A DNA stretch of 64,000 nucleotides from Octopus vulgaris. Lineage: Eukaryota. The stretch is from positions 110,856,001 to 110,920,000 of the forward strand of contig OX597814.1 of assembly GCA_951406725.2 (NCBI GenBank), written 5' to 3'. Shown in pieces: positions 63,860-64,000 of this stretch. The number at the start of each line of letters is the position of its first letter. Within the stretch, counting starts at the first letter, position 1. The notes beneath the pieces were generated by a model, which was given only the letters and a program-made list of their open reading frames with translations, ran no database searches and was not told the DNA's origin. A program made the position numbers and the translations under genes.

Positions 63860-64000
63860 TATAAGAATAACTTGGGGTTCTCCCTGCGGTTGTCTCAGAT
63901 ATGACTGAGAAGATTTATGTCTATAATCTTCAAGATCTTTGTTACTCACTCGAAGAAATTCTAAGATAATAAGCTTCTGTATAATTGCAGACAACTCTAC

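Overview
This is AT-rich, repeat-dense animal genomic DNA. The SINE families, microsatellite load and a mitochondrial 12S fragment fit an octopus or other coleoid cephalopod (inference). The only clear host gene sequence is the first coding exon of a CUEDC1-like CUE-domain gene (16838-17125, + strand); I found no further coding exon, so most of the window is probably intron. The main mobile element is a young, 5'-truncated 3.8-kb CR1/Jockey-group LINE (about 6836-10635). Its ORF1 has three CCCH zinc fingers. Its APE-RT ORF2 has no usable AUG, opens in the -1 frame two codons before a U-UUU-UUA heptamer and overlaps ORF1 by 220 nt, which suggests gag-pol-style -1 ribosomal frameshifting in a non-LTR element. 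Other notable items: a fold-back retroposon joining a tRNA-like head to Penelope-type minimal hammerhead motifs with long target-site duplications (TSDs); a ~120-bp 12S rRNA NUMT inside a SINE; a pre-miRNA-like hairpin; and inverted SINEs flanking the CUE exon. The rest is SINEs, piggyBac/hAT/pogo MITEs, Helitron-type elements, a deleted mariner and decayed RTE, CR1 and Penelope fragments. Repeat boundaries were read by eye and are approximate. Most short ORFs in the track are microsatellite or repeat artefacts.
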